64,000 bases of DNA from Rubrivivax sp. (GCA_965249635.1 OZ252249.1:1744494-1808493), one strand, 5' to 3'. Shown: positions 9,454-20,429, numbered from the stretch's first letter. Notes: generated by a model from the sequence alone, not told the origin. Made by a program: numbers and translations.

Positions 9454-11894
9454 ATGCAATTCCCTGAGTCGTGGTTGCGTGAGTTCTGCAACCCCCCGCT
9501 GAACACGCAGGCGCTGGCCGACCTGTTGACCATGTCGGGCATGGAAGTGGAAGAGTTGCGCCCTGTGGCGCCGCCGTTCAGCCGCATCGTGGTTGCTGAA
9601 ATTGTCGAAGCCGCTCAGCACCCGAACGCAGACAAGCTGCGTGTGTGCAAGGTCAACGCTGGCCACCATGCGCCTGAGGGTTTGCTGCAAATCGTGTGCG
9701 GCGCACCCAATGCCCGCGCCGGCATCCGCGTGCCGCTGGCCCTGGTGGGGGCCGAGCTTCCACCGGGCGACGATGGCAAGGCCTTCAAGATCGGCATGTC
9801 GGCAAACTGCGTGGCGTCGAGAGCCACGGCATGCTGTGCTCGGCGCGCGAGCTCAAGCTCTCAGACGACCACGGCGGCCTGCTGGAGCTGGCCGCAGATG
9901 CGCCGGTGGGCGCCGACGTGCGCGACGTGCTCAAGCTCGATGACACCTTGTTCACGCTGAAGCTCACGCCCAACTTGGGCCACTGCCTGAGCGTGCAGGG
10001 TATCGCGCGCGAAGTGTCAGCTTTGACCGGCACGCCGTTGACGCTGCCCGCCCCAACGCCGGTACAGCCCACGCATGACCAGAAGCTGCCGGTCGAGGTG
10101 CTGGCGCCGGACCTGTGCGGCCGCTTTTCGGGCCGTGTGCTGCGCGGCGTGAATCCGCAGGCCAAGACGCCGGCCTGGATGGTCGAGCGCTTGGCGCGTT
10201 GTGGCCAACGGTCAGTGGCCGCGCTGGTCGATATCTCCAACTACGTGATGTTCGAACTCGGCCAGCCGACGCACATCTTTGATCTCGACAAAATTCACGA
10301 CAAGCTGGTGGTGCGCTGGGGCCAGAAGGGTGAAACGCTCAAATTGCTGAATGGCAATACGGTCCAGTTGGATGAAACCGTGGGCGTGATCGCTGACAGC
10401 CAGGCGGTCGAGTCGCTGGCCGGCATCATGGGCGGCGACGCGACGGCTGTGAGCGACAGCACCCGCAACGTTTATGTCGAGGCTGCGTTCTGGTGGCCCG
10501 AAGCCGTGGCGGGCCGCTCGCGGCGCTTCAATTTTTCAACCGACGCCGGCCACCGCTTCGAGCGCGGTGTAGACCCCGCACTGACGGTGGCGCACATCGA
10601 ACACATCACGGCGCTCATCCAGCAGATCTGTGGCGGTGACGCCGGCCCGGTGGACGACCAGACGCTGCGCCTGCCGCCGCGCCCGCCCGTCACCTTGCGT
10701 GTGGCCCGTGCGTCGCGCGTGCTGGGCCTGCCGCTGACTCAGGCGCAGTGCGCGGATGTCTTTCGGCGCTTGGGCTTGAGCTTCGTTGAAGGCGAGGGCA
10801 GCCTGACTGTCACGCCACCCAGCTGGCGCTTTGACCTCAACATCGAAGAAGACCTCATCGAAGAAGTCATTCGTGTCTTGGGCTTGCACCAGCTGCCGCA
10901 AACGCCGCCTTCGGCGCCAGTTACTGCACAACCACGCCCGGAAGCACGCCATAAGGCCTGGGCTGTGCGCCATGCCTTGGCGGCCCTGGGCTATCAAGAA
11001 ACCATCAACTTCAGCTTTGTTGAAGAACGCACCGAGCGCGAATTGGCGGGCAACCCCAACCCCATCCGCGTGTTGAACCCCATTGCCGCACCTCTGGCGG
11101 TGATGCGCTCTTCATTGATTGGCAGCTTGGTGGGCGTTCTGAAAACGAATCTGGCTCGGCGTAACAACCGCGTGCGGGTCTTCGAGCTCGGCCGCGTGTT
11201 CCGGCGTGACGAACAGGTTGTTGATTCACTGCGCAGTGTGGCCGGCGTCGCGCAACCCATGCGTGTGGCTGGTCTGCTGTATGGCGCAGCGCACAGCCTG
11301 CAGTGGGGCCAGAGCGAGCGAACTCCCGACTTCTTCGATGCCAAGGGCGATGTTGAGGCGCTGTTGGCACCGCGCAGCGCTCTTTTTGTTGCAGACGCTC
11401 ACCCGGCCATGCATCCAGGCCGCTGCGCGCGGGTTGAGGTGGACGGTCAGGTGCTCGGGCACGTGGGCGAACTTCACCCACAGTGGCGTCAGGGCTACGA
11501 ACTGCCGCAGGCCCCCTTGGTCTTTGAACTCGATTTGGATGCGGTGCTCAACCGACCGTTGCCGCAGTTCAAGTCGCTGCCCAAGCAGCAGTCAGCCCTG
11601 CGTGACCTGGCACTGGTGGTGCGTGACAGCGTGGCCCACGATGAATTAATCCATGCGCTGACAGCCGACCCCCAAGGCCTGGTGCAGACAGCGGTGTTGT
11701 TCGACATCTACAAGCCAGCTGCTGCGGCGAGCCAGGGCGGGCCCACGGGCTTGGCAGTAGACGAACGCAGCCTGGCGGTCCGCCTGGAGTTGTTGGATGA
11801 CCAGGCCACGCTGACCGATGAGCGGATTGACGAGGCGGTCGCCGCAGCGCTAGAGCGTGCGCGTGCTGTCTGCAGCGCCCGCTTGCGGGTGTGA
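9454..11894 (+). pseudogene. pheT: Phenylalanine--tRNA ligase beta subunit, reading frame interrupted near 9799-9801
   Basis: The N-terminal tRNA-binding domain (frame of 9454) runs to ..DGKAFKIGM. The conserved continuation [30 protein letters not shown].. is in the frame of ORF 9696..11894. The two parts together are about 813 aa, the normal PheT length. The lesion is consistent with one missing G in ATGTCGGCAAA. Confidence 0.9.
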
Positions 11895-11961
11895 CACTGC
11901 TGCTCAGCCCCTCTACAGTGAACATCTGCACCGACGCTTCAACCAGAAACCCACGCCGAGC

Positions 11962-12357
11962 ATGAATACGGAAGACCAAGCGACTCAAAAAGCCAAGTTG
12001 GCAGCGGACGAGTCGGTGCGGCCGCTGATGTTGGCGTCACTGGAAACGCCGACCCTGACCAAGGCCGACCTTGCCGCGCTGCTGTTTGACCACTTGGGCC
12101 TGAACAAGCGCGAATCCAAAGACATGGTGGAAGCCTTTTTTGGAAGCGTGCATGAAGCTTTGGCGCAAGGCCGCGAGGTGAAGCTGTCCGGCTTTGGAAA
12201 TTTCAATATCCGGCGCAAAGCCTCCAGGCCGGGGCGTAACCCCCGAACGGGGGAGGCGATTCCCATCAAGGCACGACACGTAGTGACCTTCCACGCCAGT
12301 CACAAACTCAAGTCCATCGTCCAAGGGGAGGCCCCCGCGCCTGGCGAGTTCGAGTAG
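11962..12357 (+). CDS. ihfA: Integration host factor alpha subunit
   Basis: [66 protein letters not shown] is the HU/IHF fold. It lies downstream of pheT as in other Proteobacteria. Start taken as ATG 11962; a later Met is possible. Confidence 0.9.
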   Translation: MNTEDQATQKAKLAADESVRPLMLASLETPTLTKADLAALLFDHLGLNKRESKDMVEAFFGSVHEALAQGREVKLSGFGNFNIRRKASRPGRNPRTGEAIPIKARHVVTFHASHKLKSIVQGEAPAPGEFE

Positions 12358-12392
12358 AGTCTCAGGTCCTGCTCGCAAGCGCATGGATCTGA

Positions 12393-12908
12393 ATGGAAAA
12401 CGCGCTCCCCTCCATCCCGCCCAAACGGTATTTCACGATTGGCGAAGTCAGCGAACTTTGCCGCGTGAAGCCGTACGTGCTGCGGTATTGGGAGCAGGAG
12501 TTTACGCAGCTCAAGCCCATGAAGCGGCGCGGCAACCGCCGCTACTACCAGCACCATGAGGTGCTGCTGATCCGCCGTATCCGGTCCTTGCTTTACGAAC
12601 AAGGTTTCACGATCAGCGGCGCACGCAACCAGCTGGGTGATGTGTCAGCTGCTCGTCTGGCGCAAGAAGGTGGGTTCGAGCCCGATGTCATCGACCTCAA
12701 CGGCGAGCTGTCGGCCCAAGAGTTGGCGGAAGCCGCGGCCCTGGCCAATGGCGCAGCCCCCGATGGCGTCGAGATCGTGGGTCTCACGGGCGCTGCGCCT
12801 GGCCGCGTGCCCTTGTTGCCCTCCGAGTGGTATGTCCCGGACGCCATCATCACCACCGACAAGCTGCGGCTGGAACTTGAATCGATTCGCCGCCTGTTGG
12901 ATGCGTGA
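12393..12908 (+). CDS. MerR-family transcriptional regulator
   Basis: N-terminal wHTH YFTIGEVSELCRVKPYVLRYWEQEFTQLKPMKRRGNRRYYQHHEV is typical of MerR. Confidence 0.85.
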   Translation: MENALPSIPPKRYFTIGEVSELCRVKPYVLRYWEQEFTQLKPMKRRGNRRYYQHHEVLLIRRIRSLLYEQGFTISGARNQLGDVSAARLAQEGGFEPDVIDLNGELSAQELAEAAALANGAAPDGVEIVGLTGAAPGRVPLLPSEWYVPDAIITTDKLRLELESIRRLLDA

Positions 12909-12968
12909 ACCGCTTGGGGTGTAGATGATGGATGAGCGAGAACGGCAGGCTATAATGCTTAGCTTCGT

Positions 12969-13045
12969 CGGGGTGTAGCGCAGCCTGGTAGCGCACTTGC
13001 ATGGGGTGCAAGGGGTCGCGAGTTCGAATCCCGCCACCCCGACCA
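12969..13045 (+). tRNA. tRNA-Pro (anticodon GGG)
   Basis: Cloverleaf read by eye: acceptor CGGGGTG/CACCCCG, D arm GCGC-AGCCTGGTA-GCGC, anticodon arm CTTGC-ATGGGGT-GCAAG, TTCGAAT T-loop, encoded CCA. One A-C mismatch in the T stem. Confidence 0.9.
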
Positions 13046-13054
13046 TTTGAAATC

Positions 13055-13095
13055 AACGGGTTAGCTCTCACAAGGGGCTAACCCGTTTTGATTTG
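13055..13095 (+). terminator. Intrinsic terminator after tRNA-Pro
   Basis: Perfect 11-bp stem AACGGGTTAGC/GCTAACCCGTT with an 11-nt loop, followed by TTGATTTG. Confidence 0.7.
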
Positions 13096-13195
13096 TGACG
13101 TCTTTGACTTCGCTGGTCACCGTTCGGTGACCGTTTGATGGTGGCCCGAAGCGAACCAGCTTGTAGAACCACCCGACTGGCGGTCCATACTGGCT

Positions 13196-13627
13196 TCAAT
13201 AGCGGCTGTTCAGCGGCACCAGTCGGCCATGAATGACGCCGCCTGGGGCCATCTCAATCGCGCTGTAGTGCAGGTCGCCAACGATGAGCGACTGCTCGCG
13301 CAGGTCCACCAAGCCGGTGACGTAAACATTGCCTTGGATCTGACCGTAGACGATGAGGTTGGCGACGCGAATGTCACCTTCAACATGCCCGCCGTTGCCG
13401 ATAGTCAGCGTGCCTGCTTGGTCGCCACTGGCATTGACGTTGCCCGTGACCTGCCCGTCGATGCGCAGCCCGCCGCTGAAGCTCACGTCACCACGCACCT
13501 TGACGTTGGGCCCAAGGAAGGCGGCCACATGCGTATTGACTGCGCCGCCTGGGCGTTGCACCAAGGACAGCAGTGAGCGGCGTGGCGCTTCGTGGCGACT
13601 TTCTGGAACGGGAAGCGGCTGTGCCAT
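13196..13627 (-). CDS. Bactofilin-family polymer-forming cytoskeletal protein
   Basis: Beta-helical repeat pattern VKVRGDVSFSGGLRIDGQVTGNVNASG..TIGNGGHVEGDIRVANLIVYGQIQGNVYVTGLVDLREQSLIVGDLHY is typical of bactofilin (DUF583). Start taken at Met-82 of the track ORF (MAQPLPV..). Confidence 0.8.
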   Translation of the reverse strand: MAQPLPVPESRHEAPRRSLLSLVQRPGGAVNTHVAAFLGPNVKVRGDVSFSGGLRIDGQVTGNVNASGDQAGTLTIGNGGHVEGDIRVANLIVYGQIQGNVYVTGLVDLREQSLIVGDLHYSAIEMAPGGVIHGRLVPLNSRY

Positions 13628-13823
13628 GAGGGGACGCCTTGGGCGTTGTTGATGGGAGTGGAGTAGAGATGGCGCTTGCGGACTGCGAACGCTTGTCGGA
13701 TCTGAATGGCCGTATGGCCGCAGACCCGCATCGTATGGACACCGGCTTGCGGCGTCTGCGCTAGTTGCTGCACAGCCCCCCTGTTTCAAGGGGGCCAGAG
13801 GTGCGAGCCCCCACGCTTGCCAA

Positions 13824-13855
13824 CGCAAAAGCACAACGGGCCCGCTGGGCCCGTT
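13824..13855 (-). terminator. Intrinsic terminator downstream of hppA
   Basis: On the minus strand: AACGGGCCC-AGC-GGGCCCGTT followed by GTGCTTTTGCG. Confidence 0.6.
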
Positions 13856-13899
13856 GTTTATGGCGCACACCGCGCAGCCCTTGGGCTGCCGGCGCTGGC

Positions 13900-16350
13900 T
13901 TATTTCACCAAGCTGACTTCAACGCGCCGAGCTTCAGCGTCGGTGCCGGCGCTGGTGACTTCGGGCTTGCGCAATTCAACACGGTCTTCAGCAACGCCGA
14001 GAGTTTTGAGCGCATCGCGCACCGCAAAGGCGCGCTTCTTGGCCAACTCGGCGTTTTGAGCTGGGTCTCCTTTGGCATCGTGAAAACCGCTGATGGCAAA
14101 TTTGGCGGCCGGGTTGGCCAGCGCTGCCAAAGCCTTCAGGTCGTCAGCGCCTTTGGCGGACACATCAAACTTGGCCGTGTCGAAATACAGCACCGCTTTG
14201 GGGTCGGCTGTGGGTGCCACCACAGCCGCTACTGCGGCTACGGGAGCCGCCGAGACCATTGCTGCAGGCGCTGCATGCGCAGCGACCGGCGCCTTGGTGC
14301 CCACGGGCAGCAAAGGCACGATGAGCAAGGCCACGATGTTGATGATCTTGATCAACGGGTTGACGGCCGGACCGGCGGTGTCCTTGTAGGGGTCGCCCAC
14401 GGTGTCACCCGTAACAGCGGCCTTGTGGGTTTCGCTGCCCTTGCCGCCGTGGTGGCCATCTTCGATGTACTTCTTGGCGTTGTCCCAAGCACCGCCGCCC
14501 GTGCACATCGAAATCGCGACGAACAGTCCCGTCACGATGGTGCCCATCAGCAGGCCACCCAGTGCCGCAGCGCCCAGTGTCAAACCGACCACGATAGGCA
14601 CGACCACCGGCAACAGCGACGGGACGATCATCTCTTTGATAGCGGCCGAGGTCAGCATGTCCACGGCTGCGCTGTAGTCGGGCTTGCGCTTGCCGGCCAT
14701 GATGGCGCCGTCAGCAAACTGGCGACGAACCTCCACCACCACAGAACCTGCAGCGCGGCCCACCGCTTCCATCGCCATGGCGCCGAAGAGGTAAGGAATC
14801 AAGCCACCGATGAAGAGGCCGACGATGACTTTTGGGTCACTCAGGTCGAAGGCAATGCTCATGCCTCGTCCTTCGAGCGAGTGCGTGTAGTCAGCAAACA
14901 GCACCAAAGCAGCCAAGCCGGCCGAGCCGATGGCGTAGCCTTTGGTCACAGCCTTGGTGGTGTTGCCCACGGCGTCCAAGGGGTCAGTGACGTCACGCAC
15001 GCTCTTGGGCAGCTCGGCCATTTCGGCGATGCCACCGGCGTTGTCGGTGATGGGGCCGTAGGCATCCAGGGCGACCACGATGCCGGCCATGCTCAGCATG
15101 GAGGTGGCCGCGATGGCAATGCCGTACAAGCCCGCCAGCCAATAGGCCGTCAGGATCGCGGCGCAGACAAAGAGTACCGGCCAAGCTGTGGAGCGCATGG
15201 AAACGCCCAGGCCAGCAATGATGTTCGTGCCGTGGCCCGTGGTGGAGGCTTGAGCGATGTGTTTCACCGGCGGGTACTGCGTGCCCGTGTAGTACTCGGT
15301 GACCCAGACCAATGCTGCAGTCAGCACCAGGCCAACAGCGCAGGCACCGAACAACTTCATGTGCGTGCCAGCGCCAAGAGCGTCAGCAGGCATCACGGCG
15401 GCCGTCACGAAGTAGAAGGCCACCAGTGACAGCACGCCAGCAACCGCCAAGCCCTTGTACAGGGCCGGCATTACGTTTTTCATGCCGGGTGACGCTTTGA
15501 CAAAGCCGCAGCCGATGATCGACGCGATGATCGATACACCGCCCAGCAGCAGCGGGTACACCACAGCCGCCATGGGCGCCGTGGCGACCATAAGCGCGCC
15601 GAGAGCCATGGTGGCGATCAGCGTCACAGCATAGGTCTCGAACAGGTCGGCGGCCATGCCGGCGCAGTCGCCCACGTTGTCGCCAACGTTGTCGGCGATC
15701 ACAGCGGGGTTGCGAGGGTCGTCTTCAGGGATACCGGCTTCAACCTTGCCCACCAAGTCGGCGCCAACGTCAGCGCCCTTGGTGAAGATGCCACCACCGA
15801 GCCGCGCGAAGATTGAAATCAATGATGAACCGAAGGCAAAACCCAGCAGCGGCTTGAGCACATCGGCCAGCTTTTTGTCGGGTGTCAGGTTGCCGTTGCT
15901 TGTGAGGAACATGAAGAAGATTCCCACGCCCAACAGGCCCAGGCCGACCACCAGCATGCCGGTGATGGCGCCGCCCTTGAAGGCCACGTCCAGCGCTGGC
16001 GAAATGCCGCGCGTGGCAGCTTGTGCGGTGCGCACGTTGGCGCTGACCGACACGTTCATGCCGATGAAGCCGCAGGCACCCGAAAGCACCGCACCGAGGA
16101 CAAAGCCGACAGCCGTTGTGCCACCGAGAAAGATGCCGATCAGCACCGCCAGAATCACGCCAACGATGGCGATGGTTCGGTACTGACGCGCCAAATAAGC
16201 CGCTGCACCTTGTTGAATTGCACCTGCAATTTCTTGCATGCGCGCGTTCCCTGCGTCTTGGCGCAAGATCCATGAGCGCTGGACAACACCGTAAAGCACG
16301 GCTGCCAGGCCACAGAGTAGCGCCGCCCACAGCGCCATGTTGGTAGACAT
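13900..16350 (-). CDS. hppA: Membrane H+-translocating pyrophosphatase with C-terminal OmpA-like extension
   Basis: Start at [12 protein letters not shown].. (ATG 16350, preceded by AGGAAGGAGA). M-PPase motifs present: [74 protein letters not shown]. The last 134 aa are an Ala/Pro linker plus an OmpA_C-like domain. Confidence 0.9.
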   Translation of the reverse strand: MSTNMALWAALLCGLAAVLYGVVQRSWILRQDAGNARMQEIAGAIQQGAAAYLARQYRTIAIVGVILAVLIGIFLGGTTAVGFVLGAVLSGACGFIGMNVSVSANVRTAQAATRGISPALDVAFKGGAITGMLVVGLGLLGVGIFFMFLTSNGNLTPDKKLADVLKPLLGFAFGSSLISIFARLGGGIFTKGADVGADLVGKVEAGIPEDDPRNPAVIADNVGDNVGDCAGMAADLFETYAVTLIATMALGALMVATAPMAAVVYPLLLGGVSIIASIIGCGFVKASPGMKNVMPALYKGLAVAGVLSLVAFYFVTAAVMPADALGAGTHMKLFGACAVGLVLTAALVWVTEYYTGTQYPPVKHIAQASTTGHGTNIIAGLGVSMRSTAWPVLFVCAAILTAYWLAGLYGIAIAATSMLSMAGIVVALDAYGPITDNAGGIAEMAELPKSVRDVTDPLDAVGNTTKAVTKGYAIGSAGLAALVLFADYTHSLEGRGMSIAFDLSDPKVIVGLFIGGLIPYLFGAMAMEAVGRAAGSVVVEVRRQFADGAIMAGKRKPDYSAAVDMLTSAAIKEMIVPSLLPVVVPIVVGLTLGAAALGGLLMGTIVTGLFVAISMCTGGGAWDNAKKYIEDGHHGGKGSETHKAAVTGDTVGDPYKDTAGPAVNPLIKIINIVALLIVPLLPVGTKAPVAAHAAPAAMVSAAPVAAVAAVVAPTADPKAVLYFDTAKFDVSAKGADDLKALAALANPAAKFAISGFHDAKGDPAQNAELAKKRAFAVRDALKTLGVAEDRVELRKPEVTSAGTDAEARRVEVSLVK

Positions 16351-16572
16351 GAGAGGGGTCTCCTTCCTCGGTCGGTTGGTTGTATCAGTAACACCGCGCA
16401 TGTTACGGGATGCCGCGAAGGGCCCCGTACCGGTGTTTTCCTGCTCAAGAGGTTTCCGACTGAAACCTTTTTGTCGCCAATTGGCGAGGCAAACGTCCGG
16501 ACCATGTAAGCGCACTTCTTAGAATCCAGGTTTTCCGGACCCCAGGCGCCCAGGCGCGAGGAACCCAACTTT

Positions 16573-17115
16573 ATGAGCCTGCACAACGTCATTCCTGGCA
16601 ACAAAGCGCCCGACGAGTTCAACGTGATCATCGAGATCCCGATGAATGCCGACCCCATCAAATACGAGGTGGATGAAGAATCGGGCGCGCTGTTCGTCGA
16701 TCGGTTTATGGCCACGGCGATGCACTACCCGTGCAATTACGGCTACATCCCGCAAACCTTGGCGGATGACGGCGACCCGGTTGACGTCTTGGTGATCACG
16801 CCCGTGCCGCTGATCCCGGGCGTGGTGGTGACTTGCAGGCCGCTGGGTGTATTGAAGATGGACGACGAGGCCGGCGGCGACAACAAGCTGCTGGCTGTGC
16901 CCATCGACAAAATCTTGTCGATCTACTCACAGTGGAAAAAGCCCGAAGACTTGAACCCGATGCGGCTCAAGACCATTCAGCACTTTTTTGAGCACTACAA
17001 AGACCTTGAAGCGGGCAAGTGGGTGAAAGTGCTGGGCTGGGAAGGCACTGACAGCGCTAAAGAAGAAGTGACGATCGGCATGGCCAACTGGTCGAAGATC
17101 CACAAGCACGCCTGA
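16573..17115 (+). CDS. ppa: Soluble inorganic pyrophosphatase (family I)
   Basis: [53 protein letters not shown] matches family I PPase. Confidence 0.95.
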   Translation: MSLHNVIPGNKAPDEFNVIIEIPMNADPIKYEVDEESGALFVDRFMATAMHYPCNYGYIPQTLADDGDPVDVLVITPVPLIPGVVVTCRPLGVLKMDDEAGGDNKLLAVPIDKILSIYSQWKKPEDLNPMRLKTIQHFFEHYKDLEAGKWVKVLGWEGTDSAKEEVTIGMANWSKIHKHA

Positions 17116-17140
17116 GGCAGGCGTCACACGTTCAGGCCTT

Positions 17141-18304
17141 TCAGACAGAAGGCTTGAACGGCGTGTGTTCGCGCAGCTCGTCCATGTACTGAGCGATGCC
17201 CTGGCCCTCTCGGGCCAAAAATTCATCAACCGCGCCTGCAAAGCGCGGGTCGGCTATCCAGTGCGCAGAGCGCGTGGCTACCGGCAGCAGCCCGCGTGCC
17301 ATTTTGTGTTCGCCCTGGGCGCCACCTTCAAAGCGCACAAAGCTGTTTTCAATGCACCAATTCAGCGGCTGGTAGTAACAGGCCTCGAAATGCAGATGCG
17401 GAACGGGCTCGATGCAGCCCCAGTAGCGCCCGTAGGCCACGCCCTGCGGACGGTCAATGGCCACCAAAGAAGCAGCGATGCGTTCACCGTCGCGGGTGGC
17501 GACGAACATCAGCCAATTGGCTGATTGCTTGCCTGCCAATTCGGCAAAAAAGCTGCGGCTGAGGTAGGGCGTTGAGCTGTGGGCCTGGTAAGTCAGCTCG
17601 TAGCAACGGTAGAAGAAGTCCCACAGCCCCTCGTTGATTTGAAGGCCTTCAAAAATCTCAAAACTCACACCAGCTTCGGCTACGCGGCGCCGCTCTTGAG
17701 CGATGTTTTTTCGCTTGTGGCGCTGCATCTGCTGGGTCATTTCCTCAAATGACCGCACGGGGTCAGAACGATCCTGCTGCCAGTGAAACTGAACGCCTGA
17801 GCGCAGCATCCAGCCAGCCTCACTCAAGGCTTGGCAGTCGGCATCGTCCATCAGCAACACGTGGGCTGACGACAACTTCAAACTTTGCGCCAACTCACGA
17901 ATGGCATGCGCCAAGGCCAGACGCGCTTGCGGGTCGCGCGCCAAAAGACGCGTGCCCGGAACGGGCGTGAAAGGCACTGCGCACAACAGCTTGGGGTAGT
18001 AGCGCAGGCCGTGGCGCCGATAGGCGTCGGCCCAAGCCCAATCAAACACATATTCGCCGTAGGAGTGGCTCTTGAGGTACAGCGGCGCCGCGGCGGCCAG
18101 CCCGCCAGTGTCTTCGAGCACCAGCCAGCGGGCCGCCCAGCCGGTTGACGCTGTTGCACAGCCGGTGGCATGCAGTGCGCCCAAGTAGTCGTGGCGCATG
18201 AACAGCGTGGGCGAAGCTTGCGCGTTCAGCAAGGAGTTCCACGCCGCTGGGGGCAGCGCTTCGGGCGAATCGATCAGTCTCGTGGCATAGACTTGCTTCG
18301 TCAT
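17141..18304 (-). CDS. FemAB-like / GNAT-fold protein of unknown function (COG3146, PF04339-type)
   Basis: Start at MTKQVYATRL (ATG 18304). LYLKSHSYGEYVFDWAWADAY..YYPKLLCAVPFTPVPGTRLL recalls the DUF482/FemAB-like family. Assignment is from memory of the family. Confidence 0.65.
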   Translation of the reverse strand: MTKQVYATRLIDSPEALPPAAWNSLLNAQASPTLFMRHDYLGALHATGCATASTGWAARWLVLEDTGGLAAAAPLYLKSHSYGEYVFDWAWADAYRRHGLRYYPKLLCAVPFTPVPGTRLLARDPQARLALAHAIRELAQSLKLSSAHVLLMDDADCQALSEAGWMLRSGVQFHWQQDRSDPVRSFEEMTQQMQRHKRKNIAQERRRVAEAGVSFEIFEGLQINEGLWDFFYRCYELTYQAHSSTPYLSRSFFAELAGKQSANWLMFVATRDGERIAASLVAIDRPQGVAYGRYWGCIEPVPHLHFEACYYQPLNWCIENSFVRFEGGAQGEHKMARGLLPVATRSAHWIADPRFAGAVDEFLAREGQGIAQYMDELREHTPFKPSV

Positions 18305-18340
18305 GGGGCGCTTTGACTCGATGAACAGGTGGAAGACAAG

Positions 18341-20032
18341 ATGACGAAGGTGAAGGTGGCGCTGGCCCAGATCAATGCGGTGGTGGGCGACTTGAGCGGA
18401 AACGCGCGCTTGATCGCGCAGGCCGCACAGCGCGCCCATGCGGCGGGTGCGCGGGTGATGCTAGCGCCCGAATTGGCGATCACGGGCTATCCGCCTGAAG
18501 ACCTTCTGCTGCGGCCGGCTTTCATGCAGGCCTGCGATTCGACTCTGGCGCAATTGGCGCGCGACCTGGCGCCTCTATCGGGCTTGACCGTGGTGGTGGG
18601 TCACCCAGCGCGGCGGGTCAAAGGACACGGTGCGCGCTCGCGGTCGCTGGGTATGCGTCATTGCCTGAACGCGGCATCAGTGCTGGCAGACGGCCACGTG
18701 CGGGCGACCTACGCCAAGCGCGAGCTACCCAACTATCAAGTTTTTGACGAGCGTCGCTATTTCGTTTCAGGACGCGACGAAGGCCTGCAGGCAGTGGTCT
18801 TTGAAGCGGCCGAGCTTAGATTCGGGCTGCTGATTTGCGAAGACGCCTGGTTCGAAGAGCCCGCACGTTTGGCCTGTGAGGCCGGTGCCCAGGTGCTGTG
18901 TGTTTTGAATGCTTCGCCATTCCATCTGGACAAAGCCGCTGAGCGCGAGGAGCGCATGGCCGCACGCGCGCGCGAAGCCGGGCGACCGCTGATTTACGCG
19001 CATTTGGTTGGCGGCCAAGATGAAGTGGTTTTCGACGGCGCTTCGTTTGCCGTGGATCGCGCGGGAACGGTGCGTGCGCGCGCACCATTTTTCGAGTCTG
19101 CGCTCACCTTCTTGGATGTTGACGCTGACGGTTCAATTCATGGTGAGCTGACGCCGTGGCCTTCGGTGGAGGAACAGGCTTGGAAAGCACTGGTGCTGGG
19201 CGTGCGCGACTACATCGGAAAAAACGGATTCCCCGGCGCCATCATTGGCTTGTCGGGTGGCATTGACTCTGCGCTGGTGTTGGCCATTGCGGTGGATGCG
19301 CTGGGCGCAGACCGCGTGCGCACCGTGATGATGCCGTCGCCCTACACGGCTGAAATTTCGTGGGTCGATGCGCGAGACATGGCGCAGCGCCTGGGTGTTC
19401 GATACGACGAAATTGACATCGCACCCACTTTCCAGTCTTTCCGCGCGGCGCTGGCCGATCAGTTTGTCGGCTTGAAAGAAGATACGACGGAAGAAAACAT
19501 CCAGGCGCGCATTCGTGGCACGTTGTTGATGGCTTTGTCCAACAAGCTGGGCTCGATCGTGCTCACCACGGGCAACAAGAGTGAAATGGCCACCGGTTAC
19601 TGCACGCTGTATGGCGACATGGCGGGCGGCTTTGCGGTCATCAAGGACGTGGCCAAGACCTTGGTGTATCGCTTGGCTGAGTGGAAGAACCAGCAGCCTT
19701 CGCTTAGGGCCGATGGCACGGCTGGCCCGGTCATTCCGCAGCGCATCATCACCCGGCCTCCATCCGCTGAACTGCGCCCGGACCAGAAGGACCAGGACAG
19801 CTTGCCGCCCTATGAGATTTTGGACGCCATCCTTGCACACTACATGGAAGAAGACTCCAGCATCGACGACATCGTGAACGCGGGCTTTGATCGGGCCACA
19901 GTCGAGCGCGTAACCCACCTTATAAAGATCAACGAGTACAAGCGGCGCCAGTCACCAGTGGGCATCCGCATCACGCACCGCGCTTTTGGCCGCGATTGGC
20001 GTTACCCCATCACGTCTAGGTTCCGTGCTTAA
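18341..20032 (+). CDS. nadE: Glutamine-dependent NAD+ synthetase
   Basis: N-terminal nitrilase/CN-hydrolase domain (VALAQINAVVGD..LICEDAW) plus C-terminal NAD synthetase domain with SGGIDSA P-loop. ATG 18341 has a GGAAG SD. Confidence 0.9.
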   Translation: MTKVKVALAQINAVVGDLSGNARLIAQAAQRAHAAGARVMLAPELAITGYPPEDLLLRPAFMQACDSTLAQLARDLAPLSGLTVVVGHPARRVKGHGARSRSLGMRHCLNAASVLADGHVRATYAKRELPNYQVFDERRYFVSGRDEGLQAVVFEAAELRFGLLICEDAWFEEPARLACEAGAQVLCVLNASPFHLDKAAEREERMAARAREAGRPLIYAHLVGGQDEVVFDGASFAVDRAGTVRARAPFFESALTFLDVDADGSIHGELTPWPSVEEQAWKALVLGVRDYIGKNGFPGAIIGLSGGIDSALVLAIAVDALGADRVRTVMMPSPYTAEISWVDARDMAQRLGVRYDEIDIAPTFQSFRAALADQFVGLKEDTTEENIQARIRGTLLMALSNKLGSIVLTTGNKSEMATGYCTLYGDMAGGFAVIKDVAKTLVYRLAEWKNQQPSLRADGTAGPVIPQRIITRPPSAELRPDQKDQDSLPPYEILDAILAHYMEEDSSIDDIVNAGFDRATVERVTHLIKINEYKRRQSPVGIRITHRAFGRDWRYPITSRFRA

Positions 20033-20407
<375 letters not shown>

Positions 20408-20429
20408 CGTTTCGCTCAGCGCGTCAACT

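Noticed and set aside
9796-9801. Programmed ribosomal frameshifting as the explanation for the pheT break, and for the adaptor break at 35548.
   Set aside because: Neither site has a slippery heptamer, an internal SD stimulator or a downstream pseudoknot/hairpin. Both are simple G-run length changes, best explained as sequencing error or, for the adaptor, possibly a real mutation.
12969-13195. tRNA genes (Pro at 12969, Leu at 39667, Gly/Cys at 45633-45861) as possible integration sites for genomic islands.
   Set aside because: There is no integrase, no duplicated tRNA 3' end (att-like direct repeat) and no compositional break next to any of them. The flanking genes are core: bactofilin/hppA, tig and bamC.
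13765-15429. Very long ORFs antisense to real genes: 13765..15429 (554 aa, opposite hppA), 23952..25382 (476 aa, opposite ilvI), 25933..27285 (450 aa, opposite ilvC), 36934..38124 (396 aa, opposite the RND pump) and 60326..61477 (383 aa, opposite comEC).
   Set aside because: These are typical stop-poor shadow frames of GC-rich DNA. Their translations are Arg/Ala/Gly/His-rich and low-complexity with no recognisable motifs, while the opposite strand encodes well-conserved proteins.
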